From the IMG/VR virus record IMGVR_UViG_2799112330_000002, positions 32,001-96,000 of that record: a stretch of 64,000 bases of DNA; one strand, 5' to 3'. Shown piece by piece: positions 1-10,047 of the stretch. The DNA comes from a virus. Lineage: Duplodnaviria; Heunggongvirae; Uroviricota; Caudoviricetes. The notes below the pieces were generated by a model. It made no database searches, was not told where the DNA came from, and saw only the letters and a program-made list of their open reading frames with translations. Each line of letters begins with the position of its first letter. The stretch's first letter is position 1. Position numbers and translations under genes: made by a program.

Positions 1-78
1 ATTACTAATGTCATAAAATTAAAATATGTTAAAATATAATTATATAATATATTAATATAGTAAAATTAGCTAATTATA

Positions 79-1167
79 TTATTTTGGAATTCCAATAAAT
101 TCATAAATTTTCTTTTCAGCAAAACTTTTTGCTTGCTCAACATATAAGTCTTTTTTAGCCATTTGGCTTTTCATATTATCAATTTGTTCTTTTGTCTTAT
201 TTAGTAATTCATTATTCTTTATTTGAGCCTGCATTCCTCCTAACATTTCTCCCAAAGAAGATTGAACATTCTTTTGCTTTGCTGTAGTAAATCCCAATGC
301 CGCATTAATATAATTATAACAATAATCTATAGATTGCTCAGCATATAAGTCACATCTATCACTTACATACCATTCACCTTTTGCACAATTTTGAGTGATA
401 TATTCACAACCACATGAACCAGCTTCAACATGTTCACTTAACCAGCCTGTAATATATTTTTTTACTTGTTCTCCTAATGCCTTTATTTTATCCCTTTCAT
501 CTGCTAGCATTTGTTCATTAGATGCTAATGTCTGTTGTTGTAATTGTGCTTGCTCTGTTTCCATTTCTTCTTCTTGTTCAATACCAAATAGATCTTTTCC
601 TTTGCTCTTAAGTCGTGAAACGGTATCTTTAGCATTTGCTATTGTCTCTTTACCACTTTCTATTACATTAGATACCTTGTCTGATGCTTTGTCTAATTCT
701 GCTTTTAAAGCATCAGATGCATCTTTTCCTAATAATTGTCCCATAGCATCGGCAGCTGACATTAACTTAGCCTGTAATGCACTGGCTTTACTATTAGCAA
801 TTGCGTTATCATCCCAGCCAGTCATCTTATTGGGTTCAAGATCAGGTCTTGATATTGATTTAACAGAATTTTTACCTGATGTATCTTTGTCTGCATCTCC
901 GGCCGGCTCAGGTATTGAAATCCATTCTGCTGCATCAACCCCCATAACGGTAAGTGCACCATTTAAGTATGGCATAACCTCTCCAACAATATAATTACGA
1001 ACAGGAGGATGTGTTATAACATGAACTTCTCCCCATATTGTAGGATTAGTATTAAGTATGCAGGTATCTTCTCCATTAGTAAATTTTTGACCAACATTAC
1101 ACTTTTCCCTTAATAGTTTTTTTATTGCTGATACTGGTACTCCTGAGCTGGGTAATTTTGTTGACAT
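79..1167 (-). CDS. hypothetical protein, probably virion/baseplate-associated, coiled-coil centre
   Basis: 362-aa ORF directly downstream of the baseplate spike-like gene; no recognisable family motif. Confidence 0.6.
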   Translation of the reverse strand: MSTKLPSSGVPVSAIKKLLREKCNVGQKFTNGEDTCILNTNPTIWGEVHVITHPPVRNYIVGEVMPYLNGALTVMGVDAAEWISIPEPAGDADKDTSGKNSVKSISRPDLEPNKMTGWDDNAIANSKASALQAKLMSAADAMGQLLGKDASDALKAELDKASDKVSNVIESGKETIANAKDTVSRLKSKGKDLFGIEQEEEMETEQAQLQQQTLASNEQMLADERDKIKALGEQVKKYITGWLSEHVEAGSCGCEYITQNCAKGEWYVSDRCDLYAEQSIDYCYNYINAALGFTTAKQKNVQSSLGEMLGGMQAQIKNNELLNKTKEQIDNMKSQMAKKDLYVEQAKSFAEKKIYEFIGIPK

Positions 1168-1170
1168 ATC

Positions 1171-1854
1171 TTAAGAATTCTTATTTGTTTTTGATAATAT
1201 ATCATTAGCTGCTGTTCTACATTTTGTTCCTAATTCTATTAATGGCTGTCCTAAATGAGAAGTATATGGATTACCACTAGCTAATGTTCCGAGATTCATA
1301 ATATTATTTCCAAGATCTTGCAATAACTTTTGAAGATTTTCTCCTAATACCATACATTGGGCACTTCCTTCTTTTCCCAATATGACTTTACCACCATTTA
1401 GAGAAACTTCTCCTTCTTCATCCTGTAAAGCTATTTTCTTTTGGGCATCAATAAATATTTTAGAAGTACCATTCCAAATGTTTAAACCATCAGAATCATT
1501 AAAGAATATATATGAATCATCATTATCTGAACCCATTCTATGCATCAATACTTCTGAATTCTCTTGAACCATTATCTTGTCTTTAGTAGATGGTTGGAGA
1601 TCAACCATAGGGATATACCAATATTCTTCAGGTTGATTAGGATTATATATCACCCATATCTTAGTATTCTGTTCCATTAATGAATAATGTTGGAATCCAC
1701 CAAAGGTAAGAGGATATATCCATGGCATTGCTTCAGGTGGCACAACATTATTATCAAACAAGTTTGCTACACTTGCCTTCACTCTTCCGATCTTTTCAGG
1801 ATCTTTATTCTCTATAACATTTCCGGGTAAAAATTCGTAATCAGATAATTTCAT
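1171..1854 (-). CDS. baseplate hub/spike protein (gp5/gpV N-terminal OB-fold)
   Basis: G.V.ENKDPEKIGRVKA and PEAMPW..P resemble the gp5/gpV OB-fold signature; C-terminal 'VLGENL..LL' spike-like region. Confidence 0.75.
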   Translation of the reverse strand: MKLSDYEFLPGNVIENKDPEKIGRVKASVANLFDNNVVPPEAMPWIYPLTFGGFQHYSLMEQNTKIWVIYNPNQPEEYWYIPMVDLQPSTKDKIMVQENSEVLMHRMGSDNDDSYIFFNDSDGLNIWNGTSKIFIDAQKKIALQDEEGEVSLNGGKVILGKEGSAQCMVLGENLQKLLQDLGNNIMNLGTLASGNPYTSHLGQPLIELGTKCRTAANDILSKTNKNS

Positions 1855-1880
1855 ATTATATATTCGCCCTCTATATATTT

Positions 1881-2174
1881 TTATTCATCATTTAATATAA
1901 TATCAAGTATTTCTTGAGTTTCCTCTTTTGGCTTTTCATTAAAAATAGTATTATAATCAAACTTATTCTCCAGCTTATGGAATTTTCTAAATACTTTGTT
2001 GATATTTGGTCTTAATGTCATTTCTAGTTTATGTCTTAATTCTCCTAACTTGTCTGTATCTGATATATCCAATAATAAGATTAAAGTCAATAGTTCTGTT
2101 GGTTTTAACTTTAATGATATTAAATGTTCATTTGTATTTTCTAAAATCATTGTTTCTAAATCTTTCATAATCAT
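1881..2174 (-). CDS. hypothetical protein, weak capsid-targeting-like leader (MKDLETMILE from the second Met)
   Basis: 97-aa ORF overlapping the Nudix stop codon. Confidence 0.6.
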   Translation of the reverse strand: MIMKDLETMILENTNEHLISLKLKPTELLTLILLLDISDTDKLGELRHKLEMTLRPNINKVFRKFHKLENKFDYNTIFNEKPKEETQEILDIILNDE

Positions 2175-2623
2175 TATCTTTCATAATATTCTTGTATTAA
2201 TTGGAAGACATCTGGCATCCATTTGAACTGTTTCTGATCATTGTAGTCATACCAGTCATATTTTGAATGCTCTTTAGATATCTTTATATGATCAGTTGGA
2301 GTAGTTTCAAGTTTTGTTAAGAAATAATAAGATATTGAATTGTCTTTGTTCTTTATCTTCTTGAATTCTTTCATGTCATGTTCTTCATTCCAAGTCAATT
2401 CAAGTCCAGTCTCTTCTTTTAGTTCTCTTATAGCTCCATCTTTTATTGTTTTGTCTTTTCCCTTTTCATATGATCCACCAGGAAAACCCCAAAGTCCAGG
2501 GAATTTCTTCATATAATTTGCTCTACGCATAATTAAGATCTCATCATTATCCGAAATGACTATAGTATTGACATATATTTTGTCATCATTGCTTTCTAAT
2601 ATAAATTCCCCAAACTTCTTCAT
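2174..2623 (-). CDS. Nudix hydrolase with capsid-targeting-like leader
   Basis: Nudix box WGFPGG...GAIRELKEETGL; N-terminus MKKFGEFILE. Confidence 0.9.
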   Translation of the reverse strand: MKKFGEFILESNDDKIYVNTIVISDNDEILIMRRANYMKKFPGLWGFPGGSYEKGKDKTIKDGAIRELKEETGLELTWNEEHDMKEFKKIKNKDNSISYYFLTKLETTPTDHIKISKEHSKYDWYDYNDQKQFKWMPDVFQLIQEYYER

Positions 2624-2656
2624 TTATTGTTTAATATGATTATTTAATATATATTT

Positions 2657-4444
2657 TTATGCTTGAGTAGTTGCGGTTGATTCTGGTTGTACATCTCCAA
2701 GCATTTCATCATCAATGTCTCCACCACCTTCGTCAGATTCTGGTTCTTCACCACCGAGGTCTTCACCACCTCCTTCATCGCCACCGCCTAATTCTTCATC
2801 TTCATCGCCTCCTTCTTCATCTTCACCGCCTCCTTCTTTCTTACCAGCTAACTCATCTTCTTTCTTATACTTTTCATTAAGTTCAAGATCAGCTTCAGAC
2901 ATCTTAAGATATTTAAGTATCAAGAATTTTGGTGAGAAGTATGGATTTTCATTTCCTTCGTCATCTGTTATTGTCAATGAATCTTTCATAGTTCCAATAA
3001 ATTCTACTCTCTTACTCATTATCTCTATATTTGCCATCTCTTCAAATTGGTTGTAACTATTCCATCTAAGAGATACAGCATCCAATATACGTTTGTCATT
3101 CTTTATATCAGGTATAGATAATGACAATTGAATACGTAATGGTTTAAGCATAATTTCAGCAAATGCATTTCTTATTCTTGTAACAAATCGGCCAAAATTG
3201 ATCTCTTCACGTAATTGCTGAGTAGGATCACTTCCAAACCAAGTTGATTGGGCGTCTTTGTCAAATCTTGATGATGGAATCTTACTCATCTTATACAATT
3301 TCTCTTCAAAGTATTTCAATTGGTCTGAATCATTAAGCATTGGTCCATTGTCTACTAATGTTTCAATCTCAGGAGTACCAGCTTCATTTTGAGGCATCCA
3401 ATATTCTTTATTGAAAGGAAGGTTCATCTTACCATTTATCATAAGTTCTCCAGTGTCTGTATTGAAAGATATGTCTTCTTTATATCTGTTCATAGCTTGA
3501 GACAATGTTTGCATACCTTTTGCCTTGTTCATACCATTAAGTGGTATTGTGAACTTTGTCTTGAATGAAGCCTGTGTAACTGTCCAAATGACCTGTGCTT
3601 GCTCAACAATACGATAGATATTGAATGGACGAATAAGTCTCTCAAGATATGATTGTCTAGTTGATACACCAGAGTCTTCATATTTGATATAGATGACTTG
3701 TGAGTCTAATAGTCTTCTTTCTCTTCCAACTATGTCTTTGAATTGGACCCAGTATGTGATATTGTTTTCTATGACTTTTGTTAATGTAGCTGGATCAATT
3801 TGTATAAGACCGATTATTGTCTTCGGTGATTCTAGACTATCATATACAATTTCATAAGCAAGTACACCCTCAATAAGATATCTTTTGAATATGTTCCATG
3901 CATTTCTTTTCCAGTCTAACAACATATATAACTTATAGAATGATGTTTCAACTGATGCATTAATCTCACTTGCAGACTTTTCATTAAGCTCTTGAATCAA
4001 AGCAGTATCTAAGAAAGGAGTACAAATATAAGCTTCATTGTCATCATATACAACACATTCATTTGCCATGATATCCAAGATGTCTTCTAGCTCTGAATGC
4101 ATTGCCATCTTTCTCAATATCTCTCTTTTCTGGTCTAATGTCTTTTCTGTAAAGTTTTTCTCTTCATCAGACTTTATCTTCCAGTTATTGAGAAATCCAG
4201 TTCCATATAATGTTTGTTGTAATAGGGGATCTTTAGGTTGGAGAGCTTTATCTGCAGGAACAGCAATCATGTTTTGATATACCTTGTCAGAATAGTTCAT
4301 CCCATAATGAGACAACGAGGTAAGAATCTTTGACATAACTGTTGGCTTCTTAATAGGGGCTGCATTGTTAAGCATACTATTCTGAATAGCTTCCATTATA
4401 TGTTGATCTCCGTCAAAAACACTTTCTAAATTTCCAAAAATCAT
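2657..4444 (-). CDS. gp20: portal protein (T4 gp20-like)
   Basis: ELEDILDIMANE, SYLERLIRPFN, KEYWMP...GTPEIETL, LKYFEEKLY...IPSSRF, REEINFGRFVTRIR..F; acidic G/E/D tail. Confidence 0.9.
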   Translation of the reverse strand: MIFGNLESVFDGDQHIMEAIQNSMLNNAAPIKKPTVMSKILTSLSHYGMNYSDKVYQNMIAVPADKALQPKDPLLQQTLYGTGFLNNWKIKSDEEKNFTEKTLDQKREILRKMAMHSELEDILDIMANECVVYDDNEAYICTPFLDTALIQELNEKSASEINASVETSFYKLYMLLDWKRNAWNIFKRYLIEGVLAYEIVYDSLESPKTIIGLIQIDPATLTKVIENNITYWVQFKDIVGRERRLLDSQVIYIKYEDSGVSTRQSYLERLIRPFNIYRIVEQAQVIWTVTQASFKTKFTIPLNGMNKAKGMQTLSQAMNRYKEDISFNTDTGELMINGKMNLPFNKEYWMPQNEAGTPEIETLVDNGPMLNDSDQLKYFEEKLYKMSKIPSSRFDKDAQSTWFGSDPTQQLREEINFGRFVTRIRNAFAEIMLKPLRIQLSLSIPDIKNDKRILDAVSLRWNSYNQFEEMANIEIMSKRVEFIGTMKDSLTITDDEGNENPYFSPKFLILKYLKMSEADLELNEKYKKEDELAGKKEGGGEDEEGGDEDEELGGGDEGGGEDLGGEEPESDEGGGDIDDEMLGDVQPESTATTQA

Positions 4445-4480
4445 AGAATATTATCGTAATTAAACTATTTTTGATATTAT

Positions 4481-4490
4481 ATAAAAATAA
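4481..4490 (-). promoter_or_regulatory. TTATTTTTA(T/A) putative late-promoter motif upstream of portal
   Basis: same motif precedes most structural genes (see findings). Confidence 0.5.
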
Positions 4491-4550
4491 AAACCAAAAA
4501 TTAAACAATATGAAAATACATATAATTTATTTTAAAAAAGATACAAATGA

Positions 4551-4582
4551 TTGAAATTATGTAAACTTGTGAACTATATTAT
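4551..4582 (+). promoter_or_regulatory. putative early promoter TTGAAA-N18-TATATT
   Basis: matches similar elements at 11009, 13495 and 54682. Confidence 0.5.
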
Positions 4583-4740
4583 ATTAAATTTTATTTATAA
4601 TTATAATAAGCTATGCCAGATAAAGAGAACAATAACTATTTTGCAGAAACATGGCCAGTTAATGAAAATAAGACAAAACCATCTACACTGGCTAACGAAA
4701 CAATTGAATATTTTAAGAAATTTTTTAATAAGTAAGATGT

Positions 4741-5055
4741 ATGAAGATAACTATTGAAAACTATGAAGAATATATTCCAGAAAAGGATATGAAATTGTTC
4801 TATTCTCTATTAATGGATCTTGAGGAATTCAATAATAAATTAGATACAAACAATCTAGAAAACAAGAAACTATACATTGATTATCAAGATTTCCATAATA
4901 ATTATAGTTGTGAAAGAACAGATCCATGTCCAGACTACTATGGATATTATAGATTGAAATTTGAGGAAGATCATACAGAATGTGTTGGAACAGAAATGAC
5001 AATTGATGACTTAGATAATGCATTATGTGTTCTCATTAATTTTATTGATTTCTAA
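4741..5055 (+). CDS. hypothetical protein
   Basis: 104-aa ORF with phage-like composition. Confidence 0.65.
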   Translation: MKITIENYEEYIPEKDMKLFYSLLMDLEEFNNKLDTNNLENKKLYIDYQDFHNNYSCERTDPCPDYYGYYRLKFEEDHTECVGTEMTIDDLDNALCVLINFIDF

Positions 5056-5060
5056 TATTA

Positions 5061-5717
5061 TTGATGAATGAAATATCACTAGACGAATCTAAGAAAATAA
5101 AGTTGTTCAATAGAAAGGAGACTAAATATAAATGTAGTTTTCTTGAATATTGTTGTATTATAAAATATCTTTATGATAACTATTTAATAGTAACAAACAA
5201 TAACAATACTTTATTTTCTTATGTATCTATCTATTTTGATACTAATGATCTAATAATGTATAATGAACATAAGAATGACAAAATAAATAGGCAAAAGATT
5301 AGAGTAAGAGAATATGACAATGGAGAAAAATATCTAGAAATTAAGAAGAAGACAGAAGATCATCATACAATAAAGACAAGAATACCAATAGACAATGTTG
5401 ACATAAACAATAACTTCAATTGGATAAAAGACAATCTTAAATATAAAGTTGATAATCTTCAGAATGTTCTTAACGTAAGATATAAGAGAATGACATTCAT
5501 TAGTAAGAACAAACTTGAAAGAATAACTATAGATATTGATATTGAATTCTTCAACCAATTAAATAATATATCAAAGAAAATTAATGACATTATTATTGAG
5601 ATAAAAGAAGAAGGAAATCATAGAAGTAGTTTTCATAAAATACTTAATAGTTTTAATATATATGAATGTAAGTTTTCAAAGTATTTTAATGGTCTAACAT
5701 ATACAATGAATGAATAA
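5061..5717 (+). CDS. VTC (polyphosphate polymerase)/CYTH-like domain protein
   Basis: RKETKY, SIYFDT, RQKIRVREY, YLEIKKK, YKRMTF, ERITID, IIEIK, FSKY. Confidence 0.85.
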   Translation: MMNEISLDESKKIKLFNRKETKYKCSFLEYCCIIKYLYDNYLIVTNNNNTLFSYVSIYFDTNDLIMYNEHKNDKINRQKIRVREYDNGEKYLEIKKKTEDHHTIKTRIPIDNVDINNNFNWIKDNLKYKVDNLQNVLNVRYKRMTFISKNKLERITIDIDIEFFNQLNNISKKINDIIIEIKEEGNHRSSFHKILNSFNIYECKFSKYFNGLTYTMNE

Positions 5718-5789
5718 AATGTTTATTATTTAATAACTGAAAAAATAGAGTATACAAATTACACTTAAATAAAGAAAGAAGAAAAGAAG

Positions 5790-7388
5790 ATGAAAAAGTT
5801 AATTTTAATGATTATGATGCTTTTTAGCATGAGTTTATGCTTTGCGGATGTTAGCTATGATGAAACAACCAAGACATTAACCGTTATTGGGTACACTAAT
5901 TCTGGAGAAATTTCTCCATATTCTCAAGCTACCACATTAGTAATTCAAGATGCTTCTGGATTTGTTAATATGGCGAATCAATATGGGCAAAATCTCCCTA
6001 ATTTGGAGACTTTAGTGTTACCGACTAGTATAACGGAGGTACCAAGTCAAGTATTTAAGAATTGTAAGAAACTTGTAAATGTAAATTGGGGGGCTTTAAC
6101 TAATCTTAAGACTATTGGTGAGGAGGCATTTATGGATACTGGGATTGGTCCTGATTTTATAGTTCCAAATTCAGTAGAAGAAATTAAAAATGGAGCGTTT
6201 CGAGATTGTTATAACATAAAGACTTTAACTTTTACTGAAGATTCAAATATATCTCATATATATGAGAATGCATTTTATATGACAGATGAAGGTAAAAGTG
6301 TTTTATCAGATGTATATGTAAATTGTATAAAAGAGATTGAATGTGATAAAGGCGCATTTGATAAAACTAACACATGTAATCAAACAAATGTTGGTACGGT
6401 GAAAACACGTTTACATTATCCCCCTAAATATTTTGAGCATTATGTTGGAGCATATAAATCTGAATTATACGACCAAAACTATAAAGACGCTAATGGAAAT
6501 TACATTAAGGGGGTTATAACGCAAACTATCATTGACCAAGCATATAGCGGTGCAAATAACGGATGGCAACAATTTTTCTCATCTGGTGTGCCAATTGGTT
6601 CTAAATCACTTTATCGTACATATTCTGATAATGTAGCATATAAAGTTCCGAGTAATAGTGCTCTTCAAGTATTTTTAGTATATGATTACGATAAGGAAAG
6701 GAATGTGGCATATTGTATAAAAATGAAAGAAGGAGATATAATTCCAGCTTATACTGGAGTTATTGTTCATAGTACACGTGTATCTACAGTATATATGGAA
6801 TATGTAAAAAACCCTTCGATAACAAATCCATATAATAATGAATCATATCCCAATAATTTATATCATTATCATGGAACTGAATGGTATAAAAACTATCTAA
6901 AGCCTATAAATGGTTCATTACATATAGATAATGTAGAGATTGTAGATGGCGTAAAGACATATAGAAATTATTTCTTTAATAAAGGAACAACTGCGGCTTT
7001 ACGTCCTGGTCCTGATTGGAAAGAAGAATATACTACTTTAGGTTGGGGATTCTTTAGAGCAGTAAGTAATAATTATAGAGTATTTAATAAAGCATTCTTA
7101 CATCTTCCTGCAAGTATGACTGAAGCAAGTTCTACACATATTGATGATAGTGGTAATTTACCACAGGACAATGCACAGTCACAAAATAACTCAAAGGAAA
7201 GTTTTACAATGTTTATTTCAAATTGGGAGGATATGATCATTGAACCAACAAACTTTGGTATTGCAACAAATGTCAATAATGCAGTAAAAAGAATAGATAA
7301 TAATTATTATACACTACAAGGAATTAAAGTTAAGAACCCTTCTAAAGGGATATATATTAAGAATAGTAAAAAAGTAATAGTTAAGTAA
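5790..7388 (+). CDS. secreted LRR_5/BspA-like surface protein with Prevotella-type C-terminal sorting domain
   Basis: signal peptide MKKLILMIMMLFSMSLCFA; LRRs LPTSITEV..F, LKTIGEEAF, PNSVEEIKNGAF; C-terminus YYTLQGIKVKNPSKGIYIKNSKKVIVK. Confidence 0.8.
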   Translation: MKKLILMIMMLFSMSLCFADVSYDETTKTLTVIGYTNSGEISPYSQATTLVIQDASGFVNMANQYGQNLPNLETLVLPTSITEVPSQVFKNCKKLVNVNWGALTNLKTIGEEAFMDTGIGPDFIVPNSVEEIKNGAFRDCYNIKTLTFTEDSNISHIYENAFYMTDEGKSVLSDVYVNCIKEIECDKGAFDKTNTCNQTNVGTVKTRLHYPPKYFEHYVGAYKSELYDQNYKDANGNYIKGVITQTIIDQAYSGANNGWQQFFSSGVPIGSKSLYRTYSDNVAYKVPSNSALQVFLVYDYDKERNVAYCIKMKEGDIIPAYTGVIVHSTRVSTVYMEYVKNPSITNPYNNESYPNNLYHYHGTEWYKNYLKPINGSLHIDNVEIVDGVKTYRNYFFNKGTTAALRPGPDWKEEYTTLGWGFFRAVSNNYRVFNKAFLHLPASMTEASSTHIDDSGNLPQDNAQSQNNSKESFTMFISNWEDMIIEPTNFGIATNVNNAVKRIDNNYYTLQGIKVKNPSKGIYIKNSKKVIVK

Positions 7389-7394
7389 AAAGTT

Positions 7395-7583
7395 ATGAAA
7401 AAGTTATATTTAAAACCTAGTATTGAATCCATTGTTTTAAAAAGCGAAGTAGGATTTATGAATGGCTCTGAACCAGAGGTTAGTGGAAATATTGGTGCAA
7501 AAGAAAACTCATGGTTTGATTTTGATTGGGATGATGATGAATTTGCTGATTTATGGGCAGAAGATGAAGATAAAGATATTTAA
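7395..7583 (+). CDS. small Prevotella-type peptide (MKK.Y.KP.I leader, acidic Trp-rich tail)
   Basis: 62 aa, MKKLYLKPSIESIVL...NGS...WDDDE. Confidence 0.65.
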   Translation: MKKLYLKPSIESIVLKSEVGFMNGSEPEVSGNIGAKENSWFDFDWDDDEFADLWAEDEDKDI

Positions 7584-7606
7584 TTAAATCTAATATATAT
7601 GAAATG

Positions 7607-7641
7607 AATTGGTAATCTTTTTTATAAGGTTACCAATTTTT
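7607..7641 (+). terminator. intrinsic terminator
   Basis: AATTGGTAATCTT/AAGGTTACCAATT stem followed by T-run. Confidence 0.65.
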
Positions 7642-7643
7642 GT

Positions 7644-8378
7644 ATGAATTCGTTTAAACATTTTAACTATTTTAAATATAAAATATACATTACTTTTAAT
7701 ATGAATATAGATATTGATAAAGATTTGGTATATAATACCGAGAAGACTATTAAAGATTGGGTTGATCATTGTATAAATAAACTTGGTGCTGAAAGATTCT
7801 ACAAATATGTTTCAGATAACTGGGAGACAGTTAGTTTTCCAATAGAATGCTATATATTAGATTATATTAGTTCTAAGTCAAAGCCACAAAAGATTGAGAC
7901 AATTGAAGATCTTGCTAAACTTCTTGATGGGAATGAATATAGAGATGAATTAGATAATATGGCAAATATTAATGTTATTGATCTTTGTAAAGAAAAGGGT
8001 TGGATTGTTGTCTACGGAGCTTCTGATGATTTATTAGAGATTGATGGTGCTATATCTGATGAATTAGGCGCATGGGAAGGATGTGTTGCTAAATTCTATA
8101 AGAAAGGAGAATTCTACCCTGAATATGAGGAAGAAGATATATATCATAAAGCATCTGAAGATAGTTTCTTTGCAATAGATGATAAAGAACTTAATAGAAT
8201 AAAATTTGCTAAAGAAGATGCATTAATTATTGAATCTGTTTGGAGCCCATCTGGAAAAGATGTATCTTGGGAAATTAATTGTACAGGAGCTCCACATGTA
8301 AGTTTTAATGTTATGGAGGATGATGAAGTATACTGTGAAGCTTTAGTAATAGACATATCTAAGTTTATTAGTAAATAA
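7644..8378 (+). CDS. conserved phage hypothetical protein (start probably 7701)
   Basis: VVYGASDDLLEIDGAISDE motif seen in phage hypotheticals. Confidence 0.7.
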   Translation: MNSFKHFNYFKYKIYITFNMNIDIDKDLVYNTEKTIKDWVDHCINKLGAERFYKYVSDNWETVSFPIECYILDYISSKSKPQKIETIEDLAKLLDGNEYRDELDNMANINVIDLCKEKGWIVVYGASDDLLEIDGAISDELGAWEGCVAKFYKKGEFYPEYEEEDIYHKASEDSFFAIDDKELNRIKFAKEDALIIESVWSPSGKDVSWEINCTGAPHVSFNVMEDDEVYCEALVIDISKFISK

Positions 8379-8420
8379 AGAAATTATTTATTTTTAATAA
8401 AACTATAATAAATAACAATT

Positions 8421-8726
8421 ATGAAAGACATTAAAGATTATATATTTGAGAGTGAAGATAATATCACACAAGATGACGCACAACGTGAGTTATTACCACC
8501 AGAAGAAAGATATTGTGTAGTTCAAACAGGTGGATCAATTGGTGAACAATCTAGTTTTAAGTATCGTTTAGGAGGACAAGCATGCCGAATAACAAGAGAT
8601 AATATGACTAATGAAGAAGCAAAAGAATACGCAAAACGAATGAGAAAATTCTTAACACCAGGAGAGAGAAGATATTATGGAATATCATATAAAGCAGTAT
8701 TATTTAGTAAACTAAAGGAAATTTAA
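8421..8726 (+). CDS. leader-bearing putative internal head protein
   Basis: N-terminus MKDIKDYIFE; TTATTTTTAA at 8388. Confidence 0.7.
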   Translation: MKDIKDYIFESEDNITQDDAQRELLPPEERYCVVQTGGSIGEQSSFKYRLGGQACRITRDNMTNEEAKEYAKRMRKFLTPGERRYYGISYKAVLFSKLKEI

Positions 8727-8734
8727 AATATCAA

Positions 8735-8762
8735 AAAAGCAAGTACTTAAGTACTTGCTTTT
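8735..8762. terminator. bidirectional terminator, perfect 28-bp palindrome centred on CTTAAG
   Basis: AAAAGCAAGTACTTAAGTACTTGCTTTT between convergent genes. Confidence 0.8.
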
Positions 8763-8765
8763 GTT

Positions 8766-9128
8766 TTATATATCTTCTTTATGTCTTTTATTGAAGCATT
8801 CTTTACAGAACGGATATATCCAATGATGCTTTACAATAGGTTGATCAATATGCTTACCACAGATTTCACAAACATTATATGATTCATCTTCAGCCTTGTC
8901 TATCATTTTATCAAGTTCTTCAGTATAATAGTTTGTATAAAATCTTAGACCTCCATATTTTTCTTTTATCTGGTGAATCTTGATTGGATTGTCTTCATGT
9001 GTCTTGTTATATTCAATAATATATTCAATTATTGGTTCATATAACTTCTTCCATCCAGATTCACATTCAATACCAAATAGTTCAAATGGCCATTGAGGAT
9101 TGTTGTTATCGTTATTCATAGGCATCAT
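8766..9128 (-). CDS. conserved phage protein with C-terminal Zn finger
   Basis: QIKEKYGGLRFY; CEICG...CKEC. Confidence 0.75.
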   Translation of the reverse strand: MMPMNNDNNNPQWPFELFGIECESGWKKLYEPIIEYIIEYNKTHEDNPIKIHQIKEKYGGLRFYTNYYTEELDKMIDKAEDESYNVCEICGKHIDQPIVKHHWIYPFCKECFNKRHKEDI

Positions 9129-10047
9129 TAATATATTTTAAGTTATTCATATTGTTATTATATATATTGCCATCAATGTGTTCTACATATCCATTAAACA
9201 GGTCTATGCTATCATCAATGAAATTCTTATAAATCAATAATGATACTGGTATGATGGGGTTTTCTATACATAGTTCTTTCCCATTCTTATATTTATGTAA
9301 TTTACATTCTTCTTCAATTAAGTCATCTTTTTGAATATATGATTCTGAAATATAATCTAAATCAACCGTATCTTTGAATCTGTAAACATAACCAGTATTT
9401 GATAGTATAATATAGTTATTGTTTTCTAAAAATACAATTCTAAAGTCTTCCTTAATATTGTTTCTATATTTAGCAAGATCCTTTTTGAATTGATCAGTCT
9501 TAGAATAATTACATTTACTCATCCATTCAGGACAGAATCCTCTATAGATACATTCGGGAACACATTTACTTCTCAATACTGGATCAACCTTCTCTAGTTC
9601 ATCCATTACTTGATTCCATGCTTCTCTTGTCTCTTTTGATGCACAGTTGCATAATCGTTTTCTTGAAATGCTTATTAATGCTTGAGCATTGCAAGTCATA
9701 TCCATATCATTCTTAGCTCCCTGGTAGATATGGTCTCTGTCACAAGGCAGCTCTCTTCTGTCTCCTCGTTGAGAATGAACAAACTTTTCACAACCTTCAT
9801 GATGTCTTACAAGATGAGCAGTCACCCATTGTCTTATATTGTTCCATCCAAAGTCATATTCCAACAATCTGATTGGCGAATGCTCAGCTAACAGGATCTT
9901 TGCTTTCCAAGAATCTGATGGCTCATTAGGTACAGGATTCTTGCCAATTGTTCTACGAGCAGCATTCAATACTCTTTTCCACGATGTAGCACAATAAAGA
10001 TGATCTAGTTCTGTTGTGCCATTAAGCATATCTTCATTTGTCTGCAT
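9112..10047 (-). CDS. thyX: FAD-dependent thymidylate synthase ThyX with C-terminal degenerate HNH-like extension
   Basis: AEHSPIR, HLVRHH...HSQRGDR, NAQAL...RKRLC..AS.ETR, VPECIYRGFCPE; tail VEHIDGNIYNNNMNNL. Confidence 0.8.
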   Translation of the reverse strand: MQTNEDMLNGTTELDHLYCATSWKRVLNAARRTIGKNPVPNEPSDSWKAKILLAEHSPIRLLEYDFGWNNIRQWVTAHLVRHHEGCEKFVHSQRGDRRELPCDRDHIYQGAKNDMDMTCNAQALISISRKRLCNCASKETREAWNQVMDELEKVDPVLRSKCVPECIYRGFCPEWMSKCNYSKTDQFKKDLAKYRNNIKEDFRIVFLENNNYIILSNTGYVYRFKDTVDLDYISESYIQKDDLIEEECKLHKYKNGKELCIENPIIPVSLLIYKNFIDDSIDLFNGYVEHIDGNIYNNNMNNLKYINDAYE

